A DNA stretch of 64,000 nucleotides from NCBI GenBank assembly GCA_963668025.2, contig CAXXTH010000010.1, forward strand, positions 896,001-960,000. The letters are read 5' to 3'. The translations under genes were made by a program, and so were the position numbers. Position 1 is the first letter of the stretch; each line of letters starts with the position of its first letter. Below the pieces are notes generated by a model. That model saw only the letters and a program-made list of their open reading frames with translations, searched no databases and was not told the DNA's origin. Positions 10,045 through 20,162 of this stretch are shown here, in pieces. This DNA comes from Candidatus Hydrogenedentota bacterium (GTDB taxonomy: Bacteria; Hydrogenedentota; Hydrogenedentia; Hydrogenedentales; SLHB01).

Positions 10045-10880
10045 TTAGGCCCGACGCCAACATCTCCAAATTCAAGTGTAACTAACTATTGCCAAATCAT
10101 CATGTCCATTCTGCCCATCTTTGTTTGGAACAAGGATATACAGGATGCGCAGGATATAGGGTCAGCACAGCTTCGTACGGGTTAGGCCCGATGCCAGCAT
10201 CTCCAAATTCAAGTGTAACTAACTATTGCCAAATCATCATGTCCATTCTGCCCATCTTTGTTTGGAACAAGGATATACAGGATGCGCAGGATATAGGGTC
10301 AGCACAGCTTCGTACGGGTTAGGCCCGATGCCAGCATCTCCAAATTCAAGTGTAACTAACTATTGCCAAATCATCATGTCCATTCTGCCCATCTTTGTTT
10401 GGAACAAGGATATACAGGATGCGCAGGATATAGGGTCAGCACAGCTTCGTACGGGTTAGGCCCGATGCCAGCATCTCCAAATTCAAGTGTAACTAACTAT
10501 TGCCAAATCATCATGTCCATTCTGCCCATCTTTGTTTGGAACAAGGATATACAGGATGCGCAGGATATAGGGTCAGCACAGCTTCGTACGGGTTAGACCC
10601 GACGCCAACATCCCCAAATTCAAGTGAAACAAACTATTGCCAATTCATCATGTCCATCCTGCCCATCTTTGTTTGGAACAAGAATATACAGGATGCGCAG
10701 GATATAGGGTCAGCACAACTACGCATGGATTAGACTCGACACCTGATCTCCAAATTCAAGTGAAACAGACTATTGCCAATTCATCATGTCCATCCTGCCC
10801 ATCCTTGTTTGGAACAAGGATATGCAGGATGCGCAGGATATTGGATCAGCACAACTTCGCATGGATTAGGCCAGATGCCT
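10045..10880. repeat. tandem array of six ~137-bp units
   Basis: Unit starts at 10045, 10182, 10319, 10456, 10593 and 10730, with a partial copy at 10866; left units near-identical, right units diverged. Confidence 0.97.
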
Positions 10881-10882
10881 GC

Positions 10883-12265
10883 CTAGTGCTTTTCCTTATA
10901 TCGCGCCTCGATAGCCTCGACCAGCGTATCCGTATCCGGGATTTTCGAGAGGAACGTGGGTTTGCCATCGATGCAAATCGTGGGGATGCCCTTCACATCC
11001 AGGCGGCACATGTAGCCGATGCCGTCGCGGCTCTTGATTTTGTGCTCGCGCACATCCACGGGCACGTTCGTTTTTTCGGAGGCCTTGATAGCGGCGTCGA
11101 CCATATACAGGCAAGGCGCGCACGCCGACGAATCGAGGGTGATGACATCCAGAATGACCGCGTCTTCTTTCGCATAGTCCGGTAGAATCAGGTCCGTGAA
11201 GTCATCCATGGCGCTGGCCTGGACCGAGGTGCGCGCGACCGTGCGCTGGTAATCGTCATGCACCATGTTGGCCACGGCTTGCAGGTTCTGCTCGGGCGTG
11301 CCGTAGGGCAAATCGCATCCTGGCGCAAGTACGAAGCCTTGCCGCCCGCCCCGGTCGATGCATCGGATGGCGTCGAGCATGCAGTCGGCTTCCTTGCCCA
11401 GCAGGAGGACGGTCGTTAAACGGAGATTTCCGCCGAACGACTTATTGTATTTGCAAGATAAGTTGCGCAATAGGTTTAGCGGGATATTTTCGTCGATGGA
11501 GATATTGTCGCAGGTGGTGCGGCACATGGGATCGAGATTGCGCGTAGCGTCACCGCAGACGAAGAGGGACGAGAAGGCGTCGGCCTGGCGCACATGGGCG
11601 AAGATCTCGTTCAAATATGCCGCCACGAATTCCTCGAAGTGCTCCGGCGAGATCTGGCTCGTCATGGGATCCACGACGGCGATGACATCCGCGCCATTTT
11701 TGAGATAGAAGTCGGCCGTAGTGTTGGCGATCTTCGTGCAATAAGCCATGTATTTTTTGACGCGGTCTGGGTCAAGCATGAGGTCCATGAAGAGGTCGCT
11801 GCCGCGCAGATGCGAGAGCAGCGTGAAAGGGCCGGTGATCAGCCCATATAACGCCACTTCGCCGCCGATTTCCGCCGTGAGCCGCCGCGTGGCGTCGGCC
11901 ACGAGGGGAAAGCGCCCTTTTGTGGTGTCAAATGCGGGCAGATCTTCGAGCTCTTTTGAGGATAAAGGATGCGACACCACCGATGGGGGCACTTCATCCG
12001 CCCAGTGCAGCTTGCAGCCCAGCACCTCGGCCTCCATCTGGAGGTCAAACACGATGGGGAGGCCATCGGGCTTATATAACTCGAAGGCTTTGCGCTGGCC
12101 TTGAACGATGAGATCGGCGGACTGGAGGTATTCCGTGGCCGTGACGCCGATTAGCTTGCCGCCATGCACGCCCACAAATGGCGCCCATGCGGGCCGCAAC
12201 GTGGTTTCATTGCGCAGCGCGCTCAGCAAGATTTCCTTGCCCGTCAACACTGATTTCTCCGCCAT
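10883..12265 (-). CDS. uroporphyrinogen decarboxylase/MtaA-CmuA-like methyltransferase with C-terminal thioredoxin-like domain
   Basis: EAEVLGC, GPFT, GGNL and LAPGCDLP motifs; C-terminal CAPC...GIPTICIDG. Confidence 0.8.
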   Translation of the reverse strand: MAEKSVLTGKEILLSALRNETTLRPAWAPFVGVHGGKLIGVTATEYLQSADLIVQGQRKAFELYKPDGLPIVFDLQMEAEVLGCKLHWADEVPPSVVSHPLSSKELEDLPAFDTTKGRFPLVADATRRLTAEIGGEVALYGLITGPFTLLSHLRGSDLFMDLMLDPDRVKKYMAYCTKIANTTADFYLKNGADVIAVVDPMTSQISPEHFEEFVAAYLNEIFAHVRQADAFSSLFVCGDATRNLDPMCRTTCDNISIDENIPLNLLRNLSCKYNKSFGGNLRLTTVLLLGKEADCMLDAIRCIDRGGRQGFVLAPGCDLPYGTPEQNLQAVANMVHDDYQRTVARTSVQASAMDDFTDLILPDYAKEDAVILDVITLDSSACAPCLYMVDAAIKASEKTNVPVDVREHKIKSRDGIGYMCRLDVKGIPTICIDGKPTFLSKIPDTDTLVEAIEARYKEKH

Positions 12266-12596
12266 GATGCCTCTATCTCCTTGGCTATAATGCCATACTA
12301 AACACGCCATGCCGCGCCTGTTGGCGCGGATCGCGCAAGCCTAGCAAATCATACGGATGTTTTCAAAGTAATACGCGCGCCTATTAGCGATGGCGTGCGA
12401 TATAGTCCATTGTTGCATTCGCCAATAAACCGGAACGGGACTGGCCATGCGTCCGCGCCCATTTATCCACGGCATCCAGCACATAATCCGGCAAGGTTAC
12501 ATTCACCCGTTTGGCCTTGCCTAAAGGGATATCCACGCCAACGGACGCCGCTTTTGGATGCTCTTGACGGCTTCTCGGATGTCTTTAATATATTGT

Positions 12597-13214
12597 GTAG
12601 GGTGGGGCTTGCCCCACCGATTTTCCATTTATTCCCCAAAATCATGCATTTCAAATTCCGTCAACAAGTTACTGACTGGCGTTTTTTCTTCATACCATCC
12701 CATTCGGAGATATTTATGAAAAGTAGACCACGGCCACTCCTCGGGGTGAGATACGAGTTCATGCTTCACTGGATTGAAATGAATGTAATCATAGTGGCGT
12801 TTCATGTCCAGCTCATCAGTTATTCGGTGTTCCCAAAATCTTCTTTGGAAAAGAGAGGTTTCACCTTTTCGAAGGCGGGATGGAGTTTGTATTCCGTCTT
12901 CACCCCCTTGTTGAAGAAATTTTCTTGAAAACATTCCCTTTACTCGCGCACATCTTGTGGAAAAATTGGCATCGTTTTCAGGAAGCAGCCATATGGAATG
13001 CATGTGGTCTGGTAGCAAGCATATGGCCATTATTTCGAAATATTGAGCATCCATAGCTGCTCTGAACGCCAGGTGCAAGCATTGCCGTGCAAGAGGTTCC
13101 AAAAACAAAGGACGCCTCTTGAATGCAACGACTGTAAAGAAATAGGCCGCTCCTGGCGTATAATCTCGAACATAATTTGGCATAGCGATACCGGTGGGGC
13201 AAGCCCCACCCTAC
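12597..13214. mobile_element. RAYT/REP module (REPtron)
   Basis: Inverted GTAGGGTGGGGCTTGCCCCACC REPs at 12597-12618 and 13193-13214 bracketing a RAYT gene. Confidence 0.88.
12629..13183 (-). CDS. REP-associated tyrosine transposase (RAYT, Y1 HUH)
   Basis: YFFTVV, LPDHMHSIW (HUH), QRRFWEH and YIHFNPVKH (catalytic Tyr), WPWST. Confidence 0.93.
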   Translation of the reverse strand: MPNYVRDYTPGAAYFFTVVAFKRRPLFLEPLARQCLHLAFRAAMDAQYFEIMAICLLPDHMHSIWLLPENDANFSTRCARVKGMFSRKFLQQGGEDGIQTPSRLRKGETSLFQRRFWEHRITDELDMKRHYDYIHFNPVKHELVSHPEEWPWSTFHKYLRMGWYEEKTPVSNLLTEFEMHDFGE

Positions 13215-13220
13215 TCCAAC

Positions 13221-14444
13221 CTATATACATAGCCGTTCTTGGATGCTCTTGACAGCTTGCTGGATGTCTTCGGCGTGGCCGAAGGCGCTGAGGCGGAAAT
13301 AGCCTTCGCCGTTGGGGCCGAATCCAGCGCCTGGCGTGCCCACCACGTGTGTCTCATTGAGGAGCTTGTCGAAGAACACCCATGAACCCATGCCGTTGGG
13401 GGTGCGCAGCCAGATGTAAGGCGCGTTGACGCCGCCGAAGACTTTGAGGCCGATGGCTTCGAGCCCTTCCCGGATGACACGGGCGTTGTTCATGTAATAG
13501 GCGACAAGCCCCGCGCATTCCCGCTGGCCTTGCTCCGACATAGCCGCGAGGCCGCCGACCTGCACGACATTCGATGCGCCGTTGAACATGGTGGTTTGGC
13601 GGCGGAACCATAAGCGGTTGAGCTTGCCCGGCTCCGCGTTTTCACACTGGAGGGCCTTGGGGACGATGCTCCAGCCGAGGCGCACGCCCGTGAAGCCTGC
13701 TTCTTTCGAGAAGCTATTGATCTCGAGCGCGCATTCTTTCGCACCCTCGATTTGGAAGATCGAGCGTGGCAGTTCGGGGTCCGAGATGTAAGCCGCGTAG
13801 GCGGAATCATAAATGATCACGGCTTGGTGTTCTCGTGCATAGGCGACGAACTGTTCGAGCTGGGCTTTCGTGGCCACGGCTCCCGTGGGATTGTTCGGGC
13901 TGCACAGGTAGATAAGGTCCACCTTGCCTTTCGGTAATTCGGGGAAAAAGCCGTTCTCTTCCGTACATGGCATGTAGACGAAGCCTTCATACTGGCCGTC
14001 TTTCGCCTGGCCCGAGCGCCCCGCGATGACATTGGTGTCCACATACACCGGATACGCGGGGTCTTGCACGGCGACGACGTTGTCCACGCCGAAAATAGAC
14101 TGGATATTGGCGGTGTCGGGCTTCGCGCCATCGCTGATGAAGAAATCGTCCGCATCGAGCGTGACGCCATATCCGGCATACCGTTTGACAAGGGCATCGC
14201 GTAATGCGGCTTCGCCTTGTTCATCGCCATAACCGGTATATGTTGCAGGAGAAGCAAGGGCGTCCACACCCGCATGCAGCCCGGCAATGACCGTTGGCGT
14301 CAGCGGTTCCGTGGTGTTGCCGATGCCCAGGCGCATGACCTTTACGCCCGGATGGGCTTGGAGGAACGCCTTGGTCCGCCGCCCGATCTCCGGAAACAAG
14401 TAGCCCGCCGCCAGTTTGTCATAGTGGGAATTGATGGTTGCCAT
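13221..14444 (-). CDS. dapL: LL-diaminopimelate aminotransferase
   Basis: GYLFPEI, LGIGN, DPAYPVY, CSPNNPTG and SFSKEAGFTGVRLG (PLP Lys). Confidence 0.95.
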   Translation of the reverse strand: MATINSHYDKLAAGYLFPEIGRRTKAFLQAHPGVKVMRLGIGNTTEPLTPTVIAGLHAGVDALASPATYTGYGDEQGEAALRDALVKRYAGYGVTLDADDFFISDGAKPDTANIQSIFGVDNVVAVQDPAYPVYVDTNVIAGRSGQAKDGQYEGFVYMPCTEENGFFPELPKGKVDLIYLCSPNNPTGAVATKAQLEQFVAYAREHQAVIIYDSAYAAYISDPELPRSIFQIEGAKECALEINSFSKEAGFTGVRLGWSIVPKALQCENAEPGKLNRLWFRRQTTMFNGASNVVQVGGLAAMSEQGQRECAGLVAYYMNNARVIREGLEAIGLKVFGGVNAPYIWLRTPNGMGSWVFFDKLLNETHVVGTPGAGFGPNGEGYFRLSAFGHAEDIQQAVKSIQERLCI

Positions 14445-14467
14445 GCTTGCTGCTCCATGTTTTTTAG

Positions 14468-14581
14468 ACCACTAAATACACGAAATACACTAAATTGTGT
14501 AGCCAAGGCGCTGGTTCCTAGATCATTTTTTGTGTTTTTCCTTTATCCATTGAGATCTGTGCCATCAGCGTCATCTGTGGA
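14468..14581. repeat. 9-nt-periodic REP-like repeats
   Basis: ACCACTAAATACACGAAATACACTAAA (14468-14494) and ATCTGTGCCATCAGCGTCATCTGTGGA (14555-14581). Confidence 0.7.
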
Positions 14582-14828
14582 TCAATTTTATTGACCGAAC
14601 CACGGCGGCATAGAGATTATGCGAGCATAGCAGATCTCAGTAGTAAAAGGCACACTGCGCAGCGGTGAAGAATAGCGGCGCCCCAGGGTCAGGCGTTGAG
14701 GTGATGCGGGTTAGACGGGGGGTGGCGAGGCCGACAGGCGACAGGAGGGGCAGCGGCTGTGCGTAAAGCCGGTGAATGGATGGGCGAGACGTGTAGGGCG
14801 GCGGCGCAACCGGGAACGCGCGGGCGCC

Positions 14829-16265
14829 CTATGCGGAACTGAAGCGGATCTGGATGGCCTCGGTGCAGAGGGCGTCATATTGTTCGCGGGACAGGGTGGC
14901 GTTGCGCAGGGCTTCGAGGAGGCGATGGGCAAGGTTTCTGGCGGAGCCAAAGCCTTTTGGAAAGTGGGCGGCCAGAAGGCTGCCATCCTCCAGGAGTTGC
15001 ATGAGCAGATGGGCTATCTGCATCAAGAGGTAGTAGATCTTACTGGCCTGTTCGTTTTGGGTATAGGCGTGTTCGAGGTTGTAGCCGCCGTTTTTCTGCA
15101 CGTTGAATGCTTCATTTTCAATCTTCCAGCGTAAGCGTCCTCCTTCATTGGCCAAGGCGGCCGCATTGTGCGCGGATACGGATACGTTGGTCACCCATTT
15201 GAACTTGGTTTTCTTTATCATGCCTTCCGCGTCCGGGCGGGTGTCCACGCATTCGAGCACGGACAGGATGTGTTCACGCCGCTCGGAATCGCGGTAGGGG
15301 ATGTCGTTGACCCAGCGAAACTGCTGGTGGATTTCCTTCTTGTTGCCGCAACGCCACGTAAGCTGGTTTTCGGGCGTCGCGGCCGCGAGGCTCTCGAATT
15401 CTTCGTTCACGGTGGCCAATTGGCCGTCCGTGAGCGTAATCATGAACTTCCAGCCATATTGCTGGCACAGCCGAAACACCGGTCCCGTGGCGTACAGGCC
15501 GTCCATCGCCAACAGCAGCGGCAAGCGGGGGAATCGGGCATGCAGGCGTGGGGCCAGCCGGTAGAAGGCTTTGGTCTCGCAATCCTGCTTGCGTTGTTGC
15601 TCGCTTTTCGCCAGGTCTTTCTCTGGATTCTCAATGAACTCCGTCATGAGCGAAAAGACCCACCCGTTTGGCGTGACGATCTTGGACTCCAGCACGGGAT
15701 GGTAGTAGGTGATCTTGCCGCTCTTGTGCTTGCGCGTGAGGCAATGGGCGCAGTGGCGATGATCATAACTGCGTGTCCCCGTGGCGTCGATGGCCGCCAC
15801 GTAGTAGCGCCCGAACAGGCGGTGGGGGTACAACACCTTCTTGTCGATGAGCGTCTGCGTCATGCCGGAAACGAGTTCCTGGACCGCCTCGAACGGCAAA
15901 CCGCGAAATACCCCGTTCATCGTATCGCCATGCGGCACGCTGTCCACGTCAAACAAGACCTTGTACAGATGGACCATGAACGTCGTGTACAACTGCAGGC
16001 GGACTTGCCGGCGCGCCCCGAGCCGGCATGCGAACATCAGCACTCCCAAGAACACCAGCGACGCGACACTGTAGTCCACGTCGCCGGCTTGCTCGGGTTT
16101 GCGGGGATCGGGCAAGCCCGCAAAGCGCTTGCGCACCGGGCCAAAGAAGTGGGTGAACGTCCTCAAGAAGGCCCGGATGATTTCCGGATGCTCTTCTTGC
16201 GGGTTTGCAGGAACTGCCGTTGGGCCGCGCCCATGGCCTCGACGAGCTTCTTGAGCTTTTTCCAT
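14829..16265 (-). CDS. DDE transposase (ISAs1/IS4-like superfamily)
   Basis: LPDPR, AIDATG, AMDGLY and GRLRWKIENEAFNVQK motifs. Confidence 0.9.
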   Translation of the reverse strand: MEKAQEARRGHGRGPTAVPANPQEEHPEIIRAFLRTFTHFFGPVRKRFAGLPDPRKPEQAGDVDYSVASLVFLGVLMFACRLGARRQVRLQLYTTFMVHLYKVLFDVDSVPHGDTMNGVFRGLPFEAVQELVSGMTQTLIDKKVLYPHRLFGRYYVAAIDATGTRSYDHRHCAHCLTRKHKSGKITYYHPVLESKIVTPNGWVFSLMTEFIENPEKDLAKSEQQRKQDCETKAFYRLAPRLHARFPRLPLLLAMDGLYATGPVFRLCQQYGWKFMITLTDGQLATVNEEFESLAAATPENQLTWRCGNKKEIHQQFRWVNDIPYRDSERREHILSVLECVDTRPDAEGMIKKTKFKWVTNVSVSAHNAAALANEGGRLRWKIENEAFNVQKNGGYNLEHAYTQNEQASKIYYLLMQIAHLLMQLLEDGSLLAAHFPKGFGSARNLAHRLLEALRNATLSREQYDALCTEAIQIRFSSA

Positions 16266-16510
16266 TCCTCAATCCATTGCGCCACTTCGCGGCGCAATTC
16301 ACGGGGCACGTGGAGGGTGCGGGTCTTCCCGCCCTCCTTCCACGTCAGCAGGGCCGTTTCATGGATCGGCCCTTCCTGGACGCACCGGCAGCGCGGGTTC
16401 CCGCAGCGGCTGCGGGTGATGGTGAGCGTGGCGGGAAGAAAGGGCCCCAGACGCGCCAGGCGCGCCTGGACCTTGCGTCCCGCCGAGTTCGTGACAGGTT
16501 TCCCTTCCAT
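16163..16510 (-). CDS. IS accessory protein (DUF6788-like)
   Basis: RCGNPRCRC...H...LTWKEGGKTRTLHVP; lies inside the IS and overlaps the transposase start. Confidence 0.75.
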   Translation of the reverse strand: MEGKPVTNSAGRKVQARLARLGPFLPATLTITRSRCGNPRCRCVQEGPIHETALLTWKEGGKTRTLHVPRELRREVAQWIEEWKKLKKLVEAMGAAQRQFLQTRKKSIRKSSGPS

Positions 16511-16687
16511 GTACGGAAGTATATATACTTCCGTACCAGAAGTCAACAAAAAAAAGCGCCGATGCGAAGAAAAAACTCCCCGCACCGGCGCATCCTCAAC
16601 TCATTCAACTGCTTCTACGCGAAAAAAAAGCGGTTCTTCACCGCTGCACACTGCTTCTTTTTGGATTGGTGTGCTATATATGCCCAA

Positions 16688-17524
16688 TCAGCCGAAGCGG
16701 CCCGTGATGTAGTCTTCCGTTTGTTTTTCGCGGGGGTTGGTGAACAGTTCCTGGGTGGGGCCGAATTCGATGAGCACGCCTTCGTAGAAGAATGCGGTGA
16801 AATCGGAAACGCGGGCGGCTTGCTGCATGTTGTGGGTGACGATCACGATGGTGTATTGGCCGCGTAGTTCGGCGATGAGATCTTCGATGTGGGCCGTCGA
16901 GCGCGGGTCGAGGGCGGAGGTGGGCTCGTCCATCAGGAGAATTTCGGGGTTGACGGCAAGCGAGCGAGCGATGCATAGGCGCTGTTGTTGTCCACCCGAG
17001 AGGCCGAGGGCGTTCTGATTGAGCCGGTCAGCCACTTCGTTCCACAACGCAGCTTGCTTGAGGCTTCGCTCCATGATGTCATGAAGCTGGGTGCGGCCGC
17101 GGACGCCAAGGCGGCGTGCGCCATACACGACGTTCTCGAAGATGGTCTTGGGAAACGGATTGGGTTTTTGGAAGACCATACCCACTTTCTGGCGGAGCAC
17201 GACGACATTGAGGTCTTTGCCGTATACATCGTAGCCGTCAAAGAGCATTTTTCCGGTGACATGGCAGCCGGGGATGAGGTCATTCATGCGGTTCATGGCG
17301 CGCAAATAGGTGCTTTTGCCGCATCCGCTTGGGCCAATGATGGCGGTGACCATGCATCGAGGAATCGACAAGGTGACTTTTTTGACGGCTTCGTTCGCGC
17401 CATAGAAGATGGAGAAGTCCTCGGTGCGGATATGCCCGTCCATGTCCGCACTATCATCATTCACGTGATGGCCTCTATTTTGGGGCTTGTTGATTTTGAT
17501 GGGCGTAATCAGAGGTTGCGACAT
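16688..17524 (-). CDS. pstB: phosphate ABC transporter ATP-binding protein
   Basis: [30 protein letters not shown] and [10 protein letters not shown]. Confidence 0.96.
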   Translation of the reverse strand: MSQPLITPIKINKPQNRGHHVNDDSADMDGHIRTEDFSIFYGANEAVKKVTLSIPRCMVTAIIGPSGCGKSTYLRAMNRMNDLIPGCHVTGKMLFDGYDVYGKDLNVVVLRQKVGMVFQKPNPFPKTIFENVVYGARRLGVRGRTQLHDIMERSLKQAALWNEVADRLNQNALGLSGGQQQRLCIARSLAVNPEILLMDEPTSALDPRSTAHIEDLIAELRGQYTIVIVTHNMQQAARVSDFTAFFYEGVLIEFGPTQELFTNPREKQTEDYITGRFG

Positions 17525-17529
17525 GGGGC

Positions 17530-18876
17530 TTATCCTTTGAGCTTCTTGGCGATACGGGCGCGCAGCACAATCGCAGCCGTGTTCAGCAGCAACACCAGCG
17601 CCACCAGCACCAATACCATGCCGAATTGGACATGGCGGATTTCCTGGACGGCTTCGTGTTCGGTGGCGACATTGTAAATGTTCCAGGGCAGTGCGGGCGT
17701 AGGCTGGTTGAAGAATCCCAGCAGGGAAAGGGGCTTCCCAACACTCACGGCGGCGGTGAAGATGATGGGGGCGGTTTCACCGGCGGCGCGGCCCATGCTG
17801 ATCACGATACTGGTCAGGATGCCCGGCAGCGCCGCTGGCACAATCACCGACATAATCATGTGCCATTTGCTGGCGCCCAGGCTGAGGGCTGCTTCGCGGT
17901 AGGTATGAGGAACGGAACGGAGGGCCTCTTCGGACGCGCGGATGACTGTGGGCAGCACGAGCAGGGCGAGGGTGAGTGAACCTGCTAAGGCGCTTTTAGA
18001 TTCCGAGACATGCAAGGTGTTGATGAAGAAGGCCAGGCCGAACAGGCCAAAGACGATGCTGGGCACGCCCGCCAAGGTGCTGATGCAGGTATTCAATAAG
18101 CTTAGGAATAGGCTTTCCTTGGAGTATTCCACCAAAAAGATGGCGGCGATTATGCCCATGGGAAGTGCGAACACCATTGAGCCGATGGTGAGGTAAATCG
18201 TGCCGAGCAATTCTGGCCATATTCCGCCGAAAAAGTGGGCGTCCGTCGAGGAATCAAATAGGAACCGCCAATAGAAGGTCCATTGCGGCAACAACATGGC
18301 GTGCAGGTTCTTGGGAACATAATCAAACAACGGTTCGAGGGCGGTTCCCTTAAAGGCATCGGCGCGCGGTTTCAACACCTTGACGCCCGGCTTGCTTGGA
18401 TCGCTATAGTCCCATTGTTCGGAATAAAGCAAGTTTTGCAGTTTCACTTGGGCGCGATCCCACCGGGTTTGCCCGTATTGGCCACGGAGAAGAATCGGCA
18501 TGGATTCGCCCGGCAAAGGCCCCAGCAGCTCGTGGAGCGCTGTTTTGATCTCGCCAAATGGTTTGCGGTATTTACTGCGTTCGGAGTAGCTCATTTCGTC
18601 GAGTTGCTTTTGGAAATCCTCCAGCATGCGGTACACAGGGCGGCGCGTGGCGGCGGCTTCCTTGTCTTGTGCGGCCACTTTGGCGGCGTCGCCATGGCCG
18701 TATTGCTCGATATGCAGCCGCCTGAACTCGATAGTGCCTTGGAACACCATGGCCCCCATGCCTTTATAGACGATTGGGCCCAGGAGAACCACAAGAGCCG
18801 CGCCCATAAGGGATATGGATACGAATCCGAAGGCGGTGAAGTAGCGGTCCACTACTTTTCGGGATGCAAGGTCCAT
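17530..18876 (-). CDS. pstA: phosphate ABC transporter permease with extra extracytoplasmic domain
   Basis: [21 protein letters not shown] and GRAAGETAP. Confidence 0.92.
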   Translation of the reverse strand: MDLASRKVVDRYFTAFGFVSISLMGAALVVLLGPIVYKGMGAMVFQGTIEFRRLHIEQYGHGDAAKVAAQDKEAAATRRPVYRMLEDFQKQLDEMSYSERSKYRKPFGEIKTALHELLGPLPGESMPILLRGQYGQTRWDRAQVKLQNLLYSEQWDYSDPSKPGVKVLKPRADAFKGTALEPLFDYVPKNLHAMLLPQWTFYWRFLFDSSTDAHFFGGIWPELLGTIYLTIGSMVFALPMGIIAAIFLVEYSKESLFLSLLNTCISTLAGVPSIVFGLFGLAFFINTLHVSESKSALAGSLTLALLVLPTVIRASEEALRSVPHTYREAALSLGASKWHMIMSVIVPAALPGILTSIVISMGRAAGETAPIIFTAAVSVGKPLSLLGFFNQPTPALPWNIYNVATEHEAVQEIRHVQFGMVLVLVALVLLLNTAAIVLRARIAKKLKG

Positions 18877-18877
18877 G

Positions 18878-20083
18878 TTATTCCCCTCTTAGCTTCATCC
18901 GCTCGCGCCGCACGGCCCATTCGCTGGCGAGGTTGCATGCGAATGAGATCACGAGCAGCAGGAGGGCCATGGCGAACAGCACATGGTAGCGGGCGGAGCC
19001 GGTGACTTGATCGGCCTCGCCCATGTCGCCTGCGATGGTCGCGGTGAGCGTGCGCACGGGCTCGATAAAGCTATGTAACACTTCAAATGGGCTGTAGATG
19101 GGGGATGGCATCTGAGGCGCATTGCCGGAGGCCATCCAGACCACCATGGTCTCGCCCACGGCGCGCATCAGCCCGAGGATGATGGCGGCGGCGATGCCGC
19201 TCGATGCGGCGGGAATGATCACATGGAGCATGGTTTCAGCCCGTGTAGCGCCTAAGGCGTAGCTGGCTTCGCGCAACTCGCGCCCTGCGGCTTGCAGGGC
19301 GTCTTCGGATACGCTGACTATAGTGGGCAGCACCATAACGCCCAGGATGATCGATACGTTAAGGGCGTTGGTGCCGCTGGATATTTTAATGAGCATGGAG
19401 GAGGAGGCCACAAAGTATATCCCTACGAGCAGAAGGGCCGTAGAAAAGACGATGCATGCCATCCGGATAACGAGCTTGGGCCGATTTTGGACCCGCCGCG
19501 CGAGTATCTCTCCTAATAGAATTCCCGCCAAGATGCCTATTGGACCTCCTATGGCCCATACGCATACGGCGATGACGCCACCGCCGTGGTTCTGAAGCAT
19601 GGGGGCGAAGACCACTAAGGCGAAGAATCCATACGCCACAGACGGAATGCTTGCCAGCATCTCGATGACCGGCTTTACGAATTGGCGCGCGGAGAAGGGA
19701 AGCACGTCACTGAGGCAAACCGCGGCGGTGATGCCGAGGGGGACCGCGAAAATCACCGCCCCAATCGTGACGATGAAACTGCCATATATGATGGCTAGCG
19801 CGCCAAACTCGGGATGGGCGGCGTTTGAAGGATACCATCGGGCAGTGGTGAGAAATTCGAAGATTCCACGCTCTTGGAAGAAAGGGAGGGCGTCGCGGAT
19901 GATATAGATGAAGATAAACAATACGGCGAATGTGGATACGCTGGTGATCAGCAAGAGCAAGCTTTGCCCCACGAGCGAGCTTAGCCTGCGCCGGAAGCTG
20001 GCCCCTTTGGTAAGGAGAAGGCTGTTGCCCGGTCGCGCCGCGTTATGAGGGCTTGCCGATATATCTACATGTGGTTGCTTCAA
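18878..20083 (-). CDS. pstC: phosphate ABC transporter permease
   Basis: EMLASIPSVAYG, EASYALGAT and RAVGETM. Confidence 0.92.
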   Translation of the reverse strand: MKQPHVDISASPHNAARPGNSLLLTKGASFRRRLSSLVGQSLLLLITSVSTFAVLFIFIYIIRDALPFFQERGIFEFLTTARWYPSNAAHPEFGALAIIYGSFIVTIGAVIFAVPLGITAAVCLSDVLPFSARQFVKPVIEMLASIPSVAYGFFALVVFAPMLQNHGGGVIAVCVWAIGGPIGILAGILLGEILARRVQNRPKLVIRMACIVFSTALLLVGIYFVASSSMLIKISSGTNALNVSIILGVMVLPTIVSVSEDALQAAGRELREASYALGATRAETMLHVIIPAASSGIAAAIILGLMRAVGETMVVWMASGNAPQMPSPIYSPFEVLHSFIEPVRTLTATIAGDMGEADQVTGSARYHVLFAMALLLLVISFACNLASEWAVRRERMKLRGE

Positions 20084-20101
20084 GATAAGGATTTCCTGGT
20101 T

Positions 20102-20140
20102 CTTCCCCCAGCCTGATCGAGAAAGGCAGGCTGGGGGAAG
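20102..20140 (-). terminator. pstS-pstC intercistronic stem-loop
   Basis: Perfect 14-bp stem CTTCCCCCAGCCTG/CAGGCTGGGGGAAG. Confidence 0.65.
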
Positions 20141-20162
20141 GCAGCCATGTTACAGATTAGCC

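Larger units (their letters stand above)
14659..16647 (-). mobile_element. insertion sequence, 1989 bp, two ORFs
   Basis: Perfect 14-bp TIR GCAGCGGTGAAGAA (14659-14672 and 16634-16647); 7-bp TSD ACACTGC (14652-14658 and 16648-16654). Confidence 0.92.

Noticed and set aside
10045-10880. Array as CRISPR or type III toxin-antitoxin RNA
   Set aside because: No variable spacers, the unit is far longer than such repeats, and no adjacent cas or toxin gene is recognisable
10089-11185. Four repeated 77-aa ORFs and a 182-aa ORF
   Set aside because: By-products of the 137-bp repeat; they overlap each other in shifting frames, have TTG starts and show no RBS
16250-16265. Programmed frameshift joining the two IS ORFs
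   Set aside because: Only GGAAAAAG (A5) is present, not a canonical A6G slippery heptamer, and the transposase has its own ATG
15168-16712. 514-aa plus-strand ORF
   Set aside because: Antisense shadow of the GC-rich transposase with no motifs
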